Part shown: positions 17,922-29,400 of the stretch, piece by piece
Position numbering within the stretch: position 1 is the stretch's first letter
Layout of the letters: every line of letters starts with the position of its first letter
Assembly (NCBI GenBank): GCA_964360675.1
Contig: CAYHXT010000002.1
Coordinates: 1-50,372, forward strand
Direction of reading: 5' to 3'
Length of the DNA stretch: 50,372 bases
Source of the DNA: an uncultured Methanosarcinales archaeon
GTDB taxonomy: Archaea > Nanobdellota > Nanobdellia > Woesearchaeales > GW2011-AR9
Position numbers and translations under genes: made by a program
The notes under the pieces: generated by a model
Databases searched by the model: none
Told to the model about the DNA's origin: nothing
The model's input: the letters and a program-made list of their open reading frames with translations, nothing else

Positions 17922-19076
17922 CTAAACTGTTTTTCTCCGGTCCGTCCTGAATCTTTTCGTCAGTTCGTTCTTGGCGTTGTCAAAAGTTTTTCGCAATGCC
18001 GTTTCCACCCGCCAATCATATTGCGTAGCAGTGACGGGATGCCCCGGAAATTCCAGCCGCAAAGTTACAGAATATTTTCTTTCACGCTGGCTTTTGGTAT
18101 ATCCTTTAAGGTGCACAACTAAAGAAAATTCGTCGTTTATCTCCCTCTGCAATTTAAACGCCTCATTAGAAGATATTTTCTGAATGTTGTTTTTTTGGTA
18201 AGAGTCTAATCCGGAATCGTTTAGGCCTACAAAGCGGATATTAAAATTCTGTGGAATCTTTAAGCTTCCTACTATGCGCAGAATATTTTTCAAGGTTAGA
18301 AAACCGATTACTTCTTTTCCGTCAAGGACAACCAGGCTGGAAAGATTTTCTTTTTTCATCAAAGCAACCGCGTCGCGCAGCTTGACACTGCCGGAAGTAG
18401 TAGATATATTATCGGTGGTGCTGAATGAACCAACGGGGAGAAGCGCCAAATTAGGCTTCTCTGCTTCAGCTCCTCTGGAGTTGCCTCTCATCTTATCAAA
18501 TTTAGCGGAAAATTCTTTGCTGGGAGTTCGGATTAAATATTTCTTTAATATGTCCCTGAAACTTAAAATGCCGTAAAGTTTTCCGGCATCAAAAATAGTA
18601 ACCTGTTCTATCTTTTTCTTATGCATCACTTCAGCAGCAGTAGATATGGGGTCATCTTTGTTCAATCTTTCCGCTTTCTCTAATTTGACATCGCCAACCT
18701 TGAAAGATCTGGTTTCAGGCAATCCTGCGGCTAACGCGGCAAGGTCGAGAGCTCTCAGGACGCCGATAATTTTTTTATTGCTTTCCACGGGAAGAAAATC
18801 GGAATCACTAAGATACATGATGCCGGCGGTTTTTATTATGTCGGCATGTTCATTCACCAAAGGCGTCTTATGAATATAATTCCCTATCTTAGCCGTGGAA
18901 GAATCAAAACGCGAGCGAAGCAATCCTTTTCTCTCCACCACGCCGATATATTTATCTTTCTTGAACACTAATCCCTGCCGCTCTTCATACTTGAGCAGCT
19001 GCCCAATAAATTCTGAAACAACCTGTTCAGAATCAAAAGTAAGAAAATCTAATTTAATTGCCGGAGTTATTTCCAT
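17922..19076 (-). CDS. CBS-domain protein with C-terminal HPF/RaiA-like (ribosome-associated inhibitor fold) segment
   Basis: Several CBS-like units are present (for example PVESNKKIIGVLRALDL, IFDAGKLYGILSFRDIL, VLDGKEVIGFLTLKNIL). The last roughly 105 aa (NIRFVGLN...EFSLVVHLKGY...YSVTLRLEFPG..VTATQYDWRVETALRKTFDNAKNELTKRFR) follow the beta-alpha-beta-beta-beta-alpha pattern of S30AE/HPF proteins. The likely start is M11 (19076). Confidence 0.6.
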   Translation of the reverse strand: MEITPAIKLDFLTFDSEQVVSEFIGQLLKYEERQGLVFKKDKYIGVVERKGLLRSRFDSSTAKIGNYIHKTPLVNEHADIIKTAGIMYLSDSDFLPVESNKKIIGVLRALDLAALAAGLPETRSFKVGDVKLEKAERLNKDDPISTAAEVMHKKKIEQVTIFDAGKLYGILSFRDILKKYLIRTPSKEFSAKFDKMRGNSRGAEAEKPNLALLPVGSFSTTDNISTTSGSVKLRDAVALMKKENLSSLVVLDGKEVIGFLTLKNILRIVGSLKIPQNFNIRFVGLNDSGLDSYQKNNIQKISSNEAFKLQREINDEFSLVVHLKGYTKSQRERKYSVTLRLEFPGHPVTATQYDWRVETALRKTFDNAKNELTKRFRTDRRKTV

Positions 19077-19196
19077 AGCTGACCACCTCTGACAGCACAT
19101 ACACATACCTTTATTTAAATTATTCTAAACTGGGCGCCTAAGAATAATTTATTCAGCAGATTTATCTGATTTTTATGTTATAATTATTATCAATTG

Positions 19197-20399
19197 CTAT
19201 TTTATCGCTTTCTTTGATTTTAACACCAAGTACTTGAACATTATCGGCGAGATGATGGTTGTCAATAGTGACATCAATACCAATGAAGTGAAAAGGATGG
19301 GGGTAAGAATTCCCGCATTTAGAGCTAAAGTAGCTATGGCCAGCTCCACGTCTCCTTTCGGCACCAAACCCCAGCCTAAAATCGTGCCTTCCCGCAGACT
19401 TCCTCCGCGAAGCAAAACTGCAATCGCAGATCCGCCGACAGTGCCGACCAGGGCGATAGCCAATAATACTGCGACAAACAGCCATTCAGTAATTATGCTG
19501 CCTAATTCAGTATTCAAGCCGACCCAGACGTAAAATAAAGGTATCAGAAAGCCAAAAGCGATGATGTGCACGGATCTGGCGATGTCGTGCTCTTCCCAAT
19601 CGGGGATAGCCAGATCACGATAAATAGTTTGACGCACTACCATGCCGGCAACCATAGCTCCTATTAATAGCCCTATGCCTAAATATTCAGAAAGGGAAGC
19701 GATAAATAATACAATAAGCAGCGAACCGGTAAAGCGGGAGGTGCTGGACTTCTCCCGGTCAAAAAATTTCAATACATACGGAATCAGCCAAACGCGAGCA
19801 ACAAGAATGAAAATCACAAAAAACAAAATGCCTGCTGCCAGCCGCATCAATGAAATGTCAGATATGGCTACACGAAATATCGACAGCAAAATGCTGACCA
19901 GAATTAATTCAATAATATCGTCCACTGCGCCGGCGCTGATAATCAAGGATCCCATCCTCGATTTCACCATTTTTAATTCTTCCAAGAAGCCTAAAGAGAC
20001 CGATTGAGCGCTTACTGAAAGAGCCACGCCAAAAATAAGGCTGATTATCGTAGGGAAATTAAAAACCAATTTCATCACCACAAATCCAATTACAAAAGGA
20101 AGGGTGGTATTGAACAAAGATATAAGCATTGAACCTTTGATGTTTTTAGTAAAAGCGCGGAAATTTATTTCCAAGCCGATATAATAAAATAAGAGGATTA
20201 TCCCCAAATTGGCCAGAAAAGACAACACTTCCAATGCCTCCCGGCTGAATAAAATGGGCTTAAATAAAGCTATACCCAATATAAGCCCTGCGCCAACTTG
20301 GCCGACTACGCGCGGAAAACCTAACGTTCTCTTCAAGATTTCAGAAAGGGCGTAAGCTAGCAGAAGAGAAATAAACACCATCACAAATGCAGACATCAT
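19197..20399 (-). CDS. monovalent cation:proton antiporter (CPA2/Kef-type)
   Basis: 400 aa with about 12 hydrophobic helices. GQVGAGLILG near the N-terminus and a mid-protein AGAVDDIIELILVS block are typical of Na+/H+ or K+/H+ exchangers. Confidence 0.8.
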   Translation of the reverse strand: MMSAFVMVFISLLLAYALSEILKRTLGFPRVVGQVGAGLILGIALFKPILFSREALEVLSFLANLGIILLFYYIGLEINFRAFTKNIKGSMLISLFNTTLPFVIGFVVMKLVFNFPTIISLIFGVALSVSAQSVSLGFLEELKMVKSRMGSLIISAGAVDDIIELILVSILLSIFRVAISDISLMRLAAGILFFVIFILVARVWLIPYVLKFFDREKSSTSRFTGSLLIVLFIASLSEYLGIGLLIGAMVAGMVVRQTIYRDLAIPDWEEHDIARSVHIIAFGFLIPLFYVWVGLNTELGSIITEWLFVAVLLAIALVGTVGGSAIAVLLRGGSLREGTILGWGLVPKGDVELAIATLALNAGILTPILFTSLVLMSLLTTIISPIMFKYLVLKSKKAIK

Positions 20400-20527
20400 C
20401 TTTTAACAGTAGAATATTTTTTCTCTTTTTTAACGTTTCTGAAAAGCGTGCTGAAAAGCCGGCCGGTGCAAATAGAAACTATTAAATAACATAAAACATC
20501 TCTGTCTGTGAAAAAGAGAGATGTGCA

Positions 20528-21586
20528 ATGGTCAATTCTACACGGGCAGAAAAATCAGGGCTTCCTCCGGGCTCATTAATACACATTGGGAAAGCTAAGA
20601 AGCACATACCAAAGATTTCCATTCTTGATTACAATAAAGATAAATTTGAAGAAAAAGTGGTTAAGAACGTTGAAGATTGCCTGCCATTCAGAAAAACTTC
20701 TACGGTAACCTGGATTAACATCGACGGAATCCATAATCCTAAAATTATTGAAGATATAGGGAAAGGTTTTGGGTTTCACCCGCTGCTGCTGGAAGATATC
20801 ATGAACACTGAGCAGCGGCCGAAAATGGACGACTTTGAAGATCATATGTTTGTCACCTTAAAAATGCTCACGTATGAAAGCGGCAAAAAACAAGTCAGCA
20901 CGGAACAGATCAGCATCATCCTAGGTTCAAACTTTGTCATCTCCTTCCAGGAGACAGAAGGGGACATGTTTGACTTGATTAGAAAACGCATCCGCGAAAA
21001 CCGGGGAAAAATCAGGAAATTAGGGTCGGATTACTTGGCTTACTCGCTGTTAGATGCAATCGTTGACCATTACTTTGTCATTTTAGAGAGTTTAGGTGAA
21101 AAAATAGAAGATCTGGAAGAGGAATCGATCACCAATCCGACTCCGGAAACCATCCGGTCGCTGCATCAATTGAAACGGGAAATGATTTCTCTGCGCCATC
21201 ATATCTGGCCGCTGCGGGACGTCATCAGCGGGATTCTGCGTTCCGGTTCCAAACTGTTTAAGAAATATACTCTAATGTATGTGCGTGATGTCTACGACCA
21301 TACGGTGCAGGTAATGGATTCAGTTGAGACCTTCCGCGATGTTCTTTCAGGCATGATGGACGTGTATCTTTCTAGCATCAGCAACAAGATGAATGAAATC
21401 ATGAAAGTGTTGACCATCATCGGAACTATTTTCTTTCCACTGACGCTGATTACCGGGATTTACGGGATGAATTTTGATTTCATGCCGGAATTGCGTTGGA
21501 AGTACGGGTATTTTATGGTGGTTGGTTTTATGGTCATTGTTACCGGTTTCATGCTTCATTATTTTAGAAAGAAGAAGTGGGTATAG
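20528..21586 (+). CDS. corA: CorA-family Mg2+/Co2+ transporter
   Basis: Cytoplasmic N-domain followed by two C-terminal TM helices with the signature YGMNF (GMN motif). Confidence 0.9.
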   Translation: MVNSTRAEKSGLPPGSLIHIGKAKKHIPKISILDYNKDKFEEKVVKNVEDCLPFRKTSTVTWINIDGIHNPKIIEDIGKGFGFHPLLLEDIMNTEQRPKMDDFEDHMFVTLKMLTYESGKKQVSTEQISIILGSNFVISFQETEGDMFDLIRKRIRENRGKIRKLGSDYLAYSLLDAIVDHYFVILESLGEKIEDLEEESITNPTPETIRSLHQLKREMISLRHHIWPLRDVISGILRSGSKLFKKYTLMYVRDVYDHTVQVMDSVETFRDVLSGMMDVYLSSISNKMNEIMKVLTIIGTIFFPLTLITGIYGMNFDFMPELRWKYGYFMVVGFMVIVTGFMLHYFRKKKWV

Positions 21587-21738
21587 GAAAGCTGGTACCA
21601 TCTTTGAAGAGAAGAGAAATTCTGCCGCAATGTTTTTAAATCACTATCAAAACCAATTTATAACCATCAATGTAGGTAGTAGCTTGCCTGAAGATGGAGA
21701 AACGTAAAAACAAAACAACATAATGGAGGCTTTATAAA

Positions 21739-22311
21739 ATGTCATTATACAAACAGATCCGGGAAGCGTGGACTAAGCCACGGCAAAATAAAGAATTATG
21801 GAGAGAACGTCTTCTGGCCTGGAGGCAAGAACCTTCTACAGTGCGGGTAGAACGTCCGACCAGGCTTGACCGGGCAAGATCTTTAGGGTATAAAGCCAAG
21901 CAGGGATTTGTCGTGGTAAGGCAGCGAGTGCAACGAGGAGGCCACACCAGACCAAAAATTAAAGGCGGGCGAAGACCTAAAAGATTCGGAACCAGATTAA
22001 GTCTGCGGAAAAGTTACCAATTGATTTCTGAAGAACGGGCGCAAAAGAAATATGAAAATTTAACTGTTCTTAATTCTTACTGGGTAGCTGATGATGGGAA
22101 GTATTGCTGGTATGAAGTAGTCATGGTTGATCCATCACATCCGGTAATAAAAGCTGATCCCAAGATAAACTGGATTGCTGCTCAGAAGAACAAAAGCAGG
22201 GTTTTCCACGGCATTACTTCCGCGGGGAAGAAAGCGCGCGGCATGAGCGGCAAGGGAAAAGGCTATGAGAAAGCCAGGCCCAGCCGCAGGGCGCATTTAA
22301 GAACACAGTAA
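21739..22311 (+). CDS. rpl15e: 50S ribosomal protein L15e
   Basis: [16 protein letters not shown]...[49 protein letters not shown] is the conserved L15e N-terminus (archaea and eukaryotes only). GGAGG lies about 10 nt upstream. Confidence 0.93.
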   Translation: MSLYKQIREAWTKPRQNKELWRERLLAWRQEPSTVRVERPTRLDRARSLGYKAKQGFVVVRQRVQRGGHTRPKIKGGRRPKRFGTRLSLRKSYQLISEERAQKKYENLTVLNSYWVADDGKYCWYEVVMVDPSHPVIKADPKINWIAAQKNKSRVFHGITSAGKKARGMSGKGKGYEKARPSRRAHLRTQ

Positions 22312-22378
22312 ATCCAGTGTTTTTTCTTTTCTTTTCTTTCTTTTTTTTCCTTAAATTTTAAGCTCATTTTAGCAAATC

Positions 22379-22386
22379 TTTATATA
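22379..22386 (+). promoter_or_regulatory. TATA box of the pilin-like / giant-ORF unit (leaderless arrangement)
   Basis: TTTATATA is centred about 27 nt upstream of ATG 22410. It follows the T-rich tract that ends the L15e gene. Confidence 0.4.
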
Positions 22387-22409
22387 GGTTAATTTCTTCA
22401 TTCCGGCTG

Positions 22410-23420
22410 ATGTTAAAAAGAGGACAAATCACTTTTTTCCTAGTATTAGGTATCATAATTCTGCTAGTTTCAGCCGGATTGTTCTTAGCAATCTCCGCAA
22501 TCAAAAAAGCGCCATTGGAAGTTGAAGAAAAAGAAGCGCAAAAAATACCGGGCGTGCGCGAAACCTTGCGCACGTATGTGGAAAATTGCATTGAAGAAAC
22601 CGTAAGCCCAGCCGTCTATTTGCTGGCAATGCAAGGAGGAATAATTTATCCGGATGAGAACGACAATATTCTGCTGACAGATTACGGGATGATAAATTAT
22701 GCCTGGATCAACGGCCTGGACGGAATCTCTACAGAGAAAATGGAAACGGACTTGGCTGATTATCTGGTGGAAAACATTAATTTTTGTTTAAGGGATTTTG
22801 AAACCTTCGCTAAACAAGAGATCATTATTGTTCCTCATTATGGGGAAATTAGTGCTAAAATCAGAATTCTTCCTTCAGTTATAGATGCCGGAATTAATCT
22901 TCCTTTGGAAGCCACTCTACCCAATGGCGATTATATCAATATTGATTCCTTTTCAGCAAAATTAAACAGTGATGTCTACGAAATGATTGTTTTTATAGAA
23001 GAGCTTAATTTTCCAGCAATCAACCCGGAAGATTTCACTAATGCTCCTTATAAGCCGTCAATCCTTCCTTTTGATGAATCCGTAACCATCTATTCTCTCC
23101 AAAGGAGCGATCCCAAAGAACCGTTGCAATTTATCTTTGCGGTACGTGAAGATTCCGCTTCAAATAATCTGCCTTATCTGGAATTCATTCCGGATAAAAC
23201 TTTCACAGTGGGCGACAGATGGCAGGAAGAATTATCTGCAGCAGATCCAGATAACGATTTGTTAAAATTTTCCTCTTCTTCATCCCAGTTTCCGATTACT
23301 GAGGACGGGGCGATTGACGTTGAAATCACTGAAGCCGGGATATTTGAAATTACTTTCTCAGTCGATGACCATCGCGGCGGAAAGGATCAACAAAAAGTCA
23401 GCGTACTGGTGTTAAAATGA
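22410..23420 (+). CDS. type IV pilin-like (class III signal peptide) protein with a C-terminal cadherin-like domain
   Basis: The N-terminus MLKRGQITFFLVLGIIILLV has a basic residue, Gly, Gln, then a hydrophobic helix, matching an archaeal prepilin-peptidase substrate. The C-terminus has AADPDNDLLKFSSSS...ITFSVDDHRGG, like the cadherin-type units at 2076-5460. The stop overlaps the giant ORF start (ATGA at 23417-23420). Confidence 0.65.
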   Translation: MLKRGQITFFLVLGIIILLVSAGLFLAISAIKKAPLEVEEKEAQKIPGVRETLRTYVENCIEETVSPAVYLLAMQGGIIYPDENDNILLTDYGMINYAWINGLDGISTEKMETDLADYLVENINFCLRDFETFAKQEIIIVPHYGEISAKIRILPSVIDAGINLPLEATLPNGDYINIDSFSAKLNSDVYEMIVFIEELNFPAINPEDFTNAPYKPSILPFDESVTIYSLQRSDPKEPLQFIFAVREDSASNNLPYLEFIPDKTFTVGDRWQEELSAADPDNDLLKFSSSSSQFPITEDGAIDVEITEAGIFEITFSVDDHRGGKDQQKVSVLVLK

Positions 23421-26400
23421 ATAATATGAAGAAAAAAATAGATTCCGCGAAAATTAAACGGTTTCTGGCATCTTTCTTCATTTACCTGATGGTATTCAGC
23501 CCGTTCTCAATAGGGCAGGGTGAATCCGGTGCTGCGGTAAATCAGGAAACAAACCTTCCAACAGAATTTCCTGCAGAAAATATCCAGGATGTTTTTGAAA
23601 ATAATCCCACTCCGGAAAACTTTAACAAACTTCCCAACCCCACTGCCGCAGATTTAGAGTTGGTTCAGAACCCGACGCCGGAAAATTTTAATCATCTTGA
23701 TTCTTCAGAACAGGGAACCTATCTCAGCAACGAAGATAATTTCCGGCAGGATTTTGCCGGTGAGTATTATTCTGATCCCGCTAATTGGGGGGCAAATCCA
23801 GAAGCTGACAAAATATTATTTGCCGGAACAAGATTTAGGGATTTATTAAAAGCCGGAACTTCGCAGGTAAGCGCAGCAGAACAATATTTTTCCGATAATT
23901 TCGGCGCGCCATATACATTAGCGATAGTTGCCGATGATTTCATTTTTGATCAGGAAAACAGAATCTTGAAGAACGGAAAAACAAATTTGAAACTAGATGA
24001 TTATACCGGCGATTCAACCATCACCGAGATCAAAGCTACCGCGGACGGTTTCGAAATTTCCAGAAAAGCTGAAGAAAATGAGCAGGTGATTTCCGTTTCC
24101 GGCGAAGAGGAAAAATCTGTCAGTTACGATTCAGAGAAAGGAACTTTCGCTTTCCAACTGCCGGAAGGAAAACCGCACACTTTCAATGTTCCTGCGGCCG
24201 CCAAAGTAAAATTTGCCTTTGATAAAGACAAGATTACCATCACTGGTCCGGCTTCCGGAATTTTTGAATCGGCGAATGATTATGTTCAATTTGATAATCA
24301 TGCCGGGATACTCGTAATCAACGATAACGGGAACATCGAAGCAGAAAATGCAGAAGTCATCACTTCCCTGCTTTATATGGATGGGCGGTTTGTAAAAACC
24401 GGCAGTCAAATCAAGGCCTGGGACGTAGGAAGCGGCGGCAAACAAACCATAGTCGTCGACAAAAATTCCTGCCCGGTAGAAGGCGGCTGCATCGGCGTGT
24501 CAACATTAGGCCAATGGGATGAAAGGCTTCTTGCGCCCAAAGATAAAAACAGGGCCGGCACTCTTGAAATCAACCTGGATGAAATCGACAGCTCTTCTTC
24601 TTTTTATGTTCCATCCGGGGAACCACAAACCAATGAACAAAAAACCGAACAATTACGTCAACAGGCGACAGAATTAAGAAAACCGCGTGAACCCCCTTTA
24701 TCCGGAAAAGATGCCCATGTATGGATCCACAAAAATCAACAAAGCGGTGAAATAACCGTAACCTCTAAGGGCGTAGTTGAAGTGGGCCTGTATGATGCAA
24801 GGGGAGATGCAGCTTCTCCAGTCAAGGATGATTTTAGATACAAAGGAGTTAACGGATTATCAGAATTAGATATGCAATTTGGCCCCAGAACTCAGACTAA
24901 TGTCCGGGGACAGGCAGAATTGAAAAATTCAGAATTTAGGGGCGGAATCTTAACTAATCAGGACGGAGCCGTGTTTAAAATAACTAACGATAATTTTGGC
25001 TTGACGCAAAATGATATTTTTCGTGCTGACTGTTTTGATTGTCAGCAGGGAGAAGCTATAGTCATCCAGAAGTCTATCGCTATTGCGCAGAAAACAAGTC
25101 TTGCGGGAATATTCTCAGAATCAAAAACGGAAAACGTAAAATTAGTGATAACTGTTGATGAGAACGGGAGAACTAGTTTCAAGCCGGACTTAACCGATCT
25201 GGGCTATCTGGCCAGCCAGGTCCCGAAAGATAATGCACAAGTCTCTATGGGAAGAAATTTTTTTATGTCCGTCCCCTGCGGAAATTTTGAATGTAATTTT
25301 AAACTAACCACTGATCCCAGAACCGGAGATCCCGGAGCAGCTTACGAAATTGTTGATCCTTTAAATCCTGCGCAGCCATTGCAGAGAATTGATTATCCGC
25401 TTACTGCTGGAAAGATGCTGGGCGGAGAAATCATTGTGGTTTCACAGGAAAATGTTGATAACGTCAACAAGCTGGCAGACCTAATCGAAAGCGGGAATTT
25501 CAATCAATTATCTGAGCTTGAATTTGATGAAAATGATCCGCAATATTCTGCCTTAAGGAAAAAAATTCTTCTGGAAACCGGAATTAATCTGGATGAAATT
25601 TCTGATCCAAAGTACGTTTCTGAAATCAACGAAATTGTAACCACGGCTAAACGCTCCCGTGATAATTTCCGGAGTTTAGGGATAGAAGTTGATGCTAACG
25701 GAAACCCCCTGACACTTAAAGATCAGCAGCGTATGCGGGAAATCTTAAGCAAGAACGGCGGGGCGGAATTTGATTTATTGACACGGGCTCAACTTGATTT
25801 AGCCAGGACTCGCATTAAAGAGGTTGCGGCGCAGCTCAGCGCCTGCCAAGGGGACGTATATTGTTCAGTAAAGATGGACGATTTGAAAAAAGCTCAGGCC
25901 GATGCAGGAAAAATTCAAAAGCAAAGGGAAGGAGCTTATGAACGCTGGCAGGCAGCAGAAAGAAAAGCGCAGCTTGAAAAGCAGATCAATGAAGCCCGGG
26001 AAAGACAAAAATCCCCTGATAAAGGCATCGACGATATCGATAAAAGAGAATCGATCGATATAGGAAATAAAATTGTTGCCGCCAATAAACAAAGGACGGA
26101 TTTACAAAGAAGAGTTGAAAGCAGCCGGGAGAATTTTGTTAATTTTAGAGATGAGCTTAGGAAAAATATTGAGGCAGAATTATCCACTGCGCAAAAGATA
26201 GGCATCGATTGGGACAAATTTCGTTATGATACTGACTATGTTGCCGCCGTCCTAAGAGATTTTCGCCTTACAGATGCTGAATTTAAGGTTGGATTTGAAG
26301 ATGTGAAATTTTATTATGATCAATACAATCAGTTTACAGAAGAATCTAATTCTCTTGATCAGAATCTAAAAGATTGGAATTCACAGCAGGAAGCATTAAT

Positions 26401-29400
26401 CACTAAATATCGCTGGGAAGGCAAAGATGATGCCGCGGCAGAGATAGCTTTGTTATCAAAACAATACGGCGAAGCTAATGAAATAATCCAGGCATCTCCG
26501 CTGCTGCCGCCGGAAGTAAGGATTAATCTTGGAGCAAGAGCTCAGCAGCAGATAACTGAAGAATCATTAAATCAGGTTTCTATTCTTTATAATTACGGTT
26601 ATGGCGACCAAGCCGGCCAGATGTTATTGTCGCTGGAAAATGCTGCTCCCGAAATTAAAGAATCAGTTGAATATCAAAAAGCAGTAAAATCTCAATTAAA
26701 ATTTGCTCAAGGGGTTGTTGAAGAAAAGATAAGAGAAGAAGAACAGCTTAGATATAGAGAAATGATGAAGCGTTTTGATGAAAAATTCAGCGCAAGTGTG
26801 AGGTTCAGTAAGGCTTTAAAAAATATCAATTTTAATCCGTCATTTGAAGAATATGAAGAAGGAGTTTTTGGTAAACAGATTTTAGAGGTTATAGGTTCCG
26901 GTTTTTCGGCGACTTTTCAAAGCTCTGAAGAAGTTGGCGCGGAAATCTTGGGAGGATTAGCAAATAGGGAAACACTTAGAACAACCACCGCTAAACTTGA
27001 TGAGCAGGCAGCCGCCGAACATAATCGGCAGATAGAAAACCTTTACGAAATTAGAAATTATCTTAAGGCCTATGATGTCCGCGGCTCATCAGCTATACAG
27101 GCTTTTGCCGATGCTCAAAGTGGAATTAGTGGTGAGCAGGTTTTAATTTCTGACGACCCAACAGCAGCATATCTTCAATTTCAATTGACGGGAGAAGTTT
27201 TCAGCGCGGAAGATAAGGAAAGATTAGCCCGGATGGATAATCCTCTGGACAGGCTTGCTTTTACAACGCAAAAAGAAGAAGAATATTCTGATACTATCAA
27301 AGAGCTTGAATTCAATAAATTGGCGAGAGATGCAGAAAACGCCATCATGTTTAATCGCGGCAAGATGGCTGGTGAACCGGAAGCTAAAATGAGGGAAGCT
27401 ATCTCTGTCTGCCCCGAATGTTCCGGTGCAGAAAATTTTCAGCAAAGGGTTAATCAGCTTGATGAATCAGTTACTAAAGAAATTTTTGGTGAAACTTTCG
27501 GCGGCGCTTTTGAGTGGGCAGGAGTAACTTATACACAAAGAACAGAAGAAGAATTTCGTGATATGGCTATCGCTTCTCTCGATGCAACGATTCTATTTGA
27601 CATTGCTGAAATAGGCTTAGCTCCGCTAGCAATAATAGACGCAGTTAATAAAGTTAAATTTCTTAAAAATGCGGTTAAATTAAAATCTTTCAGCAAGGCC
27701 AGATACGTTGAAAGATTAGAAGAAGCATTCGGAACGGCAGCAGATGTCGCTATTTATGCTTCTAGAGAATCGCGAGCTGCTCTGGATGCAGCTAAGGCCG
27801 CCCAGAGATCGGCCAATACTGCTGATGCAATCGTAGAAGCCAGAAAGTCAGTAGATTTCACTCAGCGGGCGATCGAAGCTGAAGTTGAAGCCGGTCTGGC
27901 AGCTAAAAAATATACTGAAGTCCTCCGAGCCGGGAATCCGTCCGATTTTGATTTAGAAGCACTCATATTACGCAACCGGGGAGTAAACAACATTTATGAT
28001 GAGACAAAAATTCTTAATCAGGCTCAGAGAGAACTTGACGCTGCAAAAAAGATCGGAGATGTTGCTGCAGAACAAAAGGCATTAGCAGCAATCTCTCAAT
28101 CACAAGATACTCTTCAACAAGCTAAAGCGCAAATAAATTATTATGATAATCTTCTTCAGGCATCTAAGATTGCCGGGCCGGAGAAAGGAAAAATCAGGCA
28201 ATTGTGGGACAATACTTTTGGCCAAACCATTGGAGTCAGAAACGGATTAAAATTTGGTTCTGCCGGCGAAGAAGTCATTGCTGCTGAAAAAAATTTCCGC
28301 GTGGCGGCGCAAATATTCAACGAAGCTAAAATTAATGCCCGTTTAATCGGAGATACTGCCGAAGCGGCAGTCTCCAGAGCCAGATTAGCAAGAGCCGAAG
28401 ATACTTTGCTTAAAGCTGCTGACGAAGTTGACACAGCTTATCTCATCAGAAAAGGAGAAATCGGCCGGTCGGTAATCAAATCAAGACTGCAGCAGGCAAG
28501 AGCGGCAAGTCTTTCTGCTAAATCAGATGAATTATTAGCGGCGATTGATTCTGAAGGCATCACTAAACTGGATAATCTGCTTTATAATCCTGTTTTAAGG
28601 TTAGTGCCGGATGGCGCTGGATTAAGATTTGCTGTCAGCGAAGATGCTTCACCAGCATTGAAGCAGTCCGCAATGGAAGGAAACGAATTATTGGCAAAAG
28701 CAGATGAAGCTACGCTTGCCGAAGGCGCAATAACTAGTTCTGCACGGGCAGAAGGAGAAGTTGAACTGGTATTGCTGGAAGGTCTTGCAGACAGCGAGTT
28801 TGCCATAGCTAATGAGGTCAAATCAAAAAGAATTCAGGCTGCTACTGGTGAATTTGTATTAGAAGAAGCGCCCCAAAGAAAAATAATCAATAACGAGCTG
28901 GTTGAACCCTGCAACCTAGCTGCAGCAGCAATTTACGGATTGGCTATTCCTTGTGTAGAACCTAAAGGCGTAACTAAAACGGCGGAAGTTCCGGAAACGC
29001 CTCTCAGCGAAGAATCCACCCGCCTGGCGGAAGAAGTTGCTGTCGTCGAAAGAGCCACCATTCCGCCCCCTGATATAGCTACGCTTCAAAAACCGACTAA
29101 GGAAGGATTGGAACATTTAATTGGCGAAGCAAAAATAGGATTTAAAAAATATAATGCCGGCCGCAGGCAACTGGGTTTAGAACCGGATAAAAGTTTAGAT
29201 GAGTTTGTTAAAGATTACGTCGGGAGAGATTTACAGGATGCAGGCATTGATGCAGGACTTCCTGACGATTTAGTCGGCATCGGCATATCAAAAACCGGCG
29301 ACGAAAAAGTTGATGCCATCATCGACGTGCTTGAAGGAAGAACTTCCGGAGAATTAGATGCTGAAGAACTGAGGAAATTAGAAATCGCCGAAAGTTTAAA

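Noticed and set aside
19162-19533. ORFs 19162-19485 (minus strand, other frame) and 19234-19533 (plus strand) at the 3' end of the antiporter gene.
   Set aside because: They are embedded in the 12-TM antiporter coding region. Their Arg/Pro-rich composition is typical of out-of-frame reading of a hydrophobic gene.
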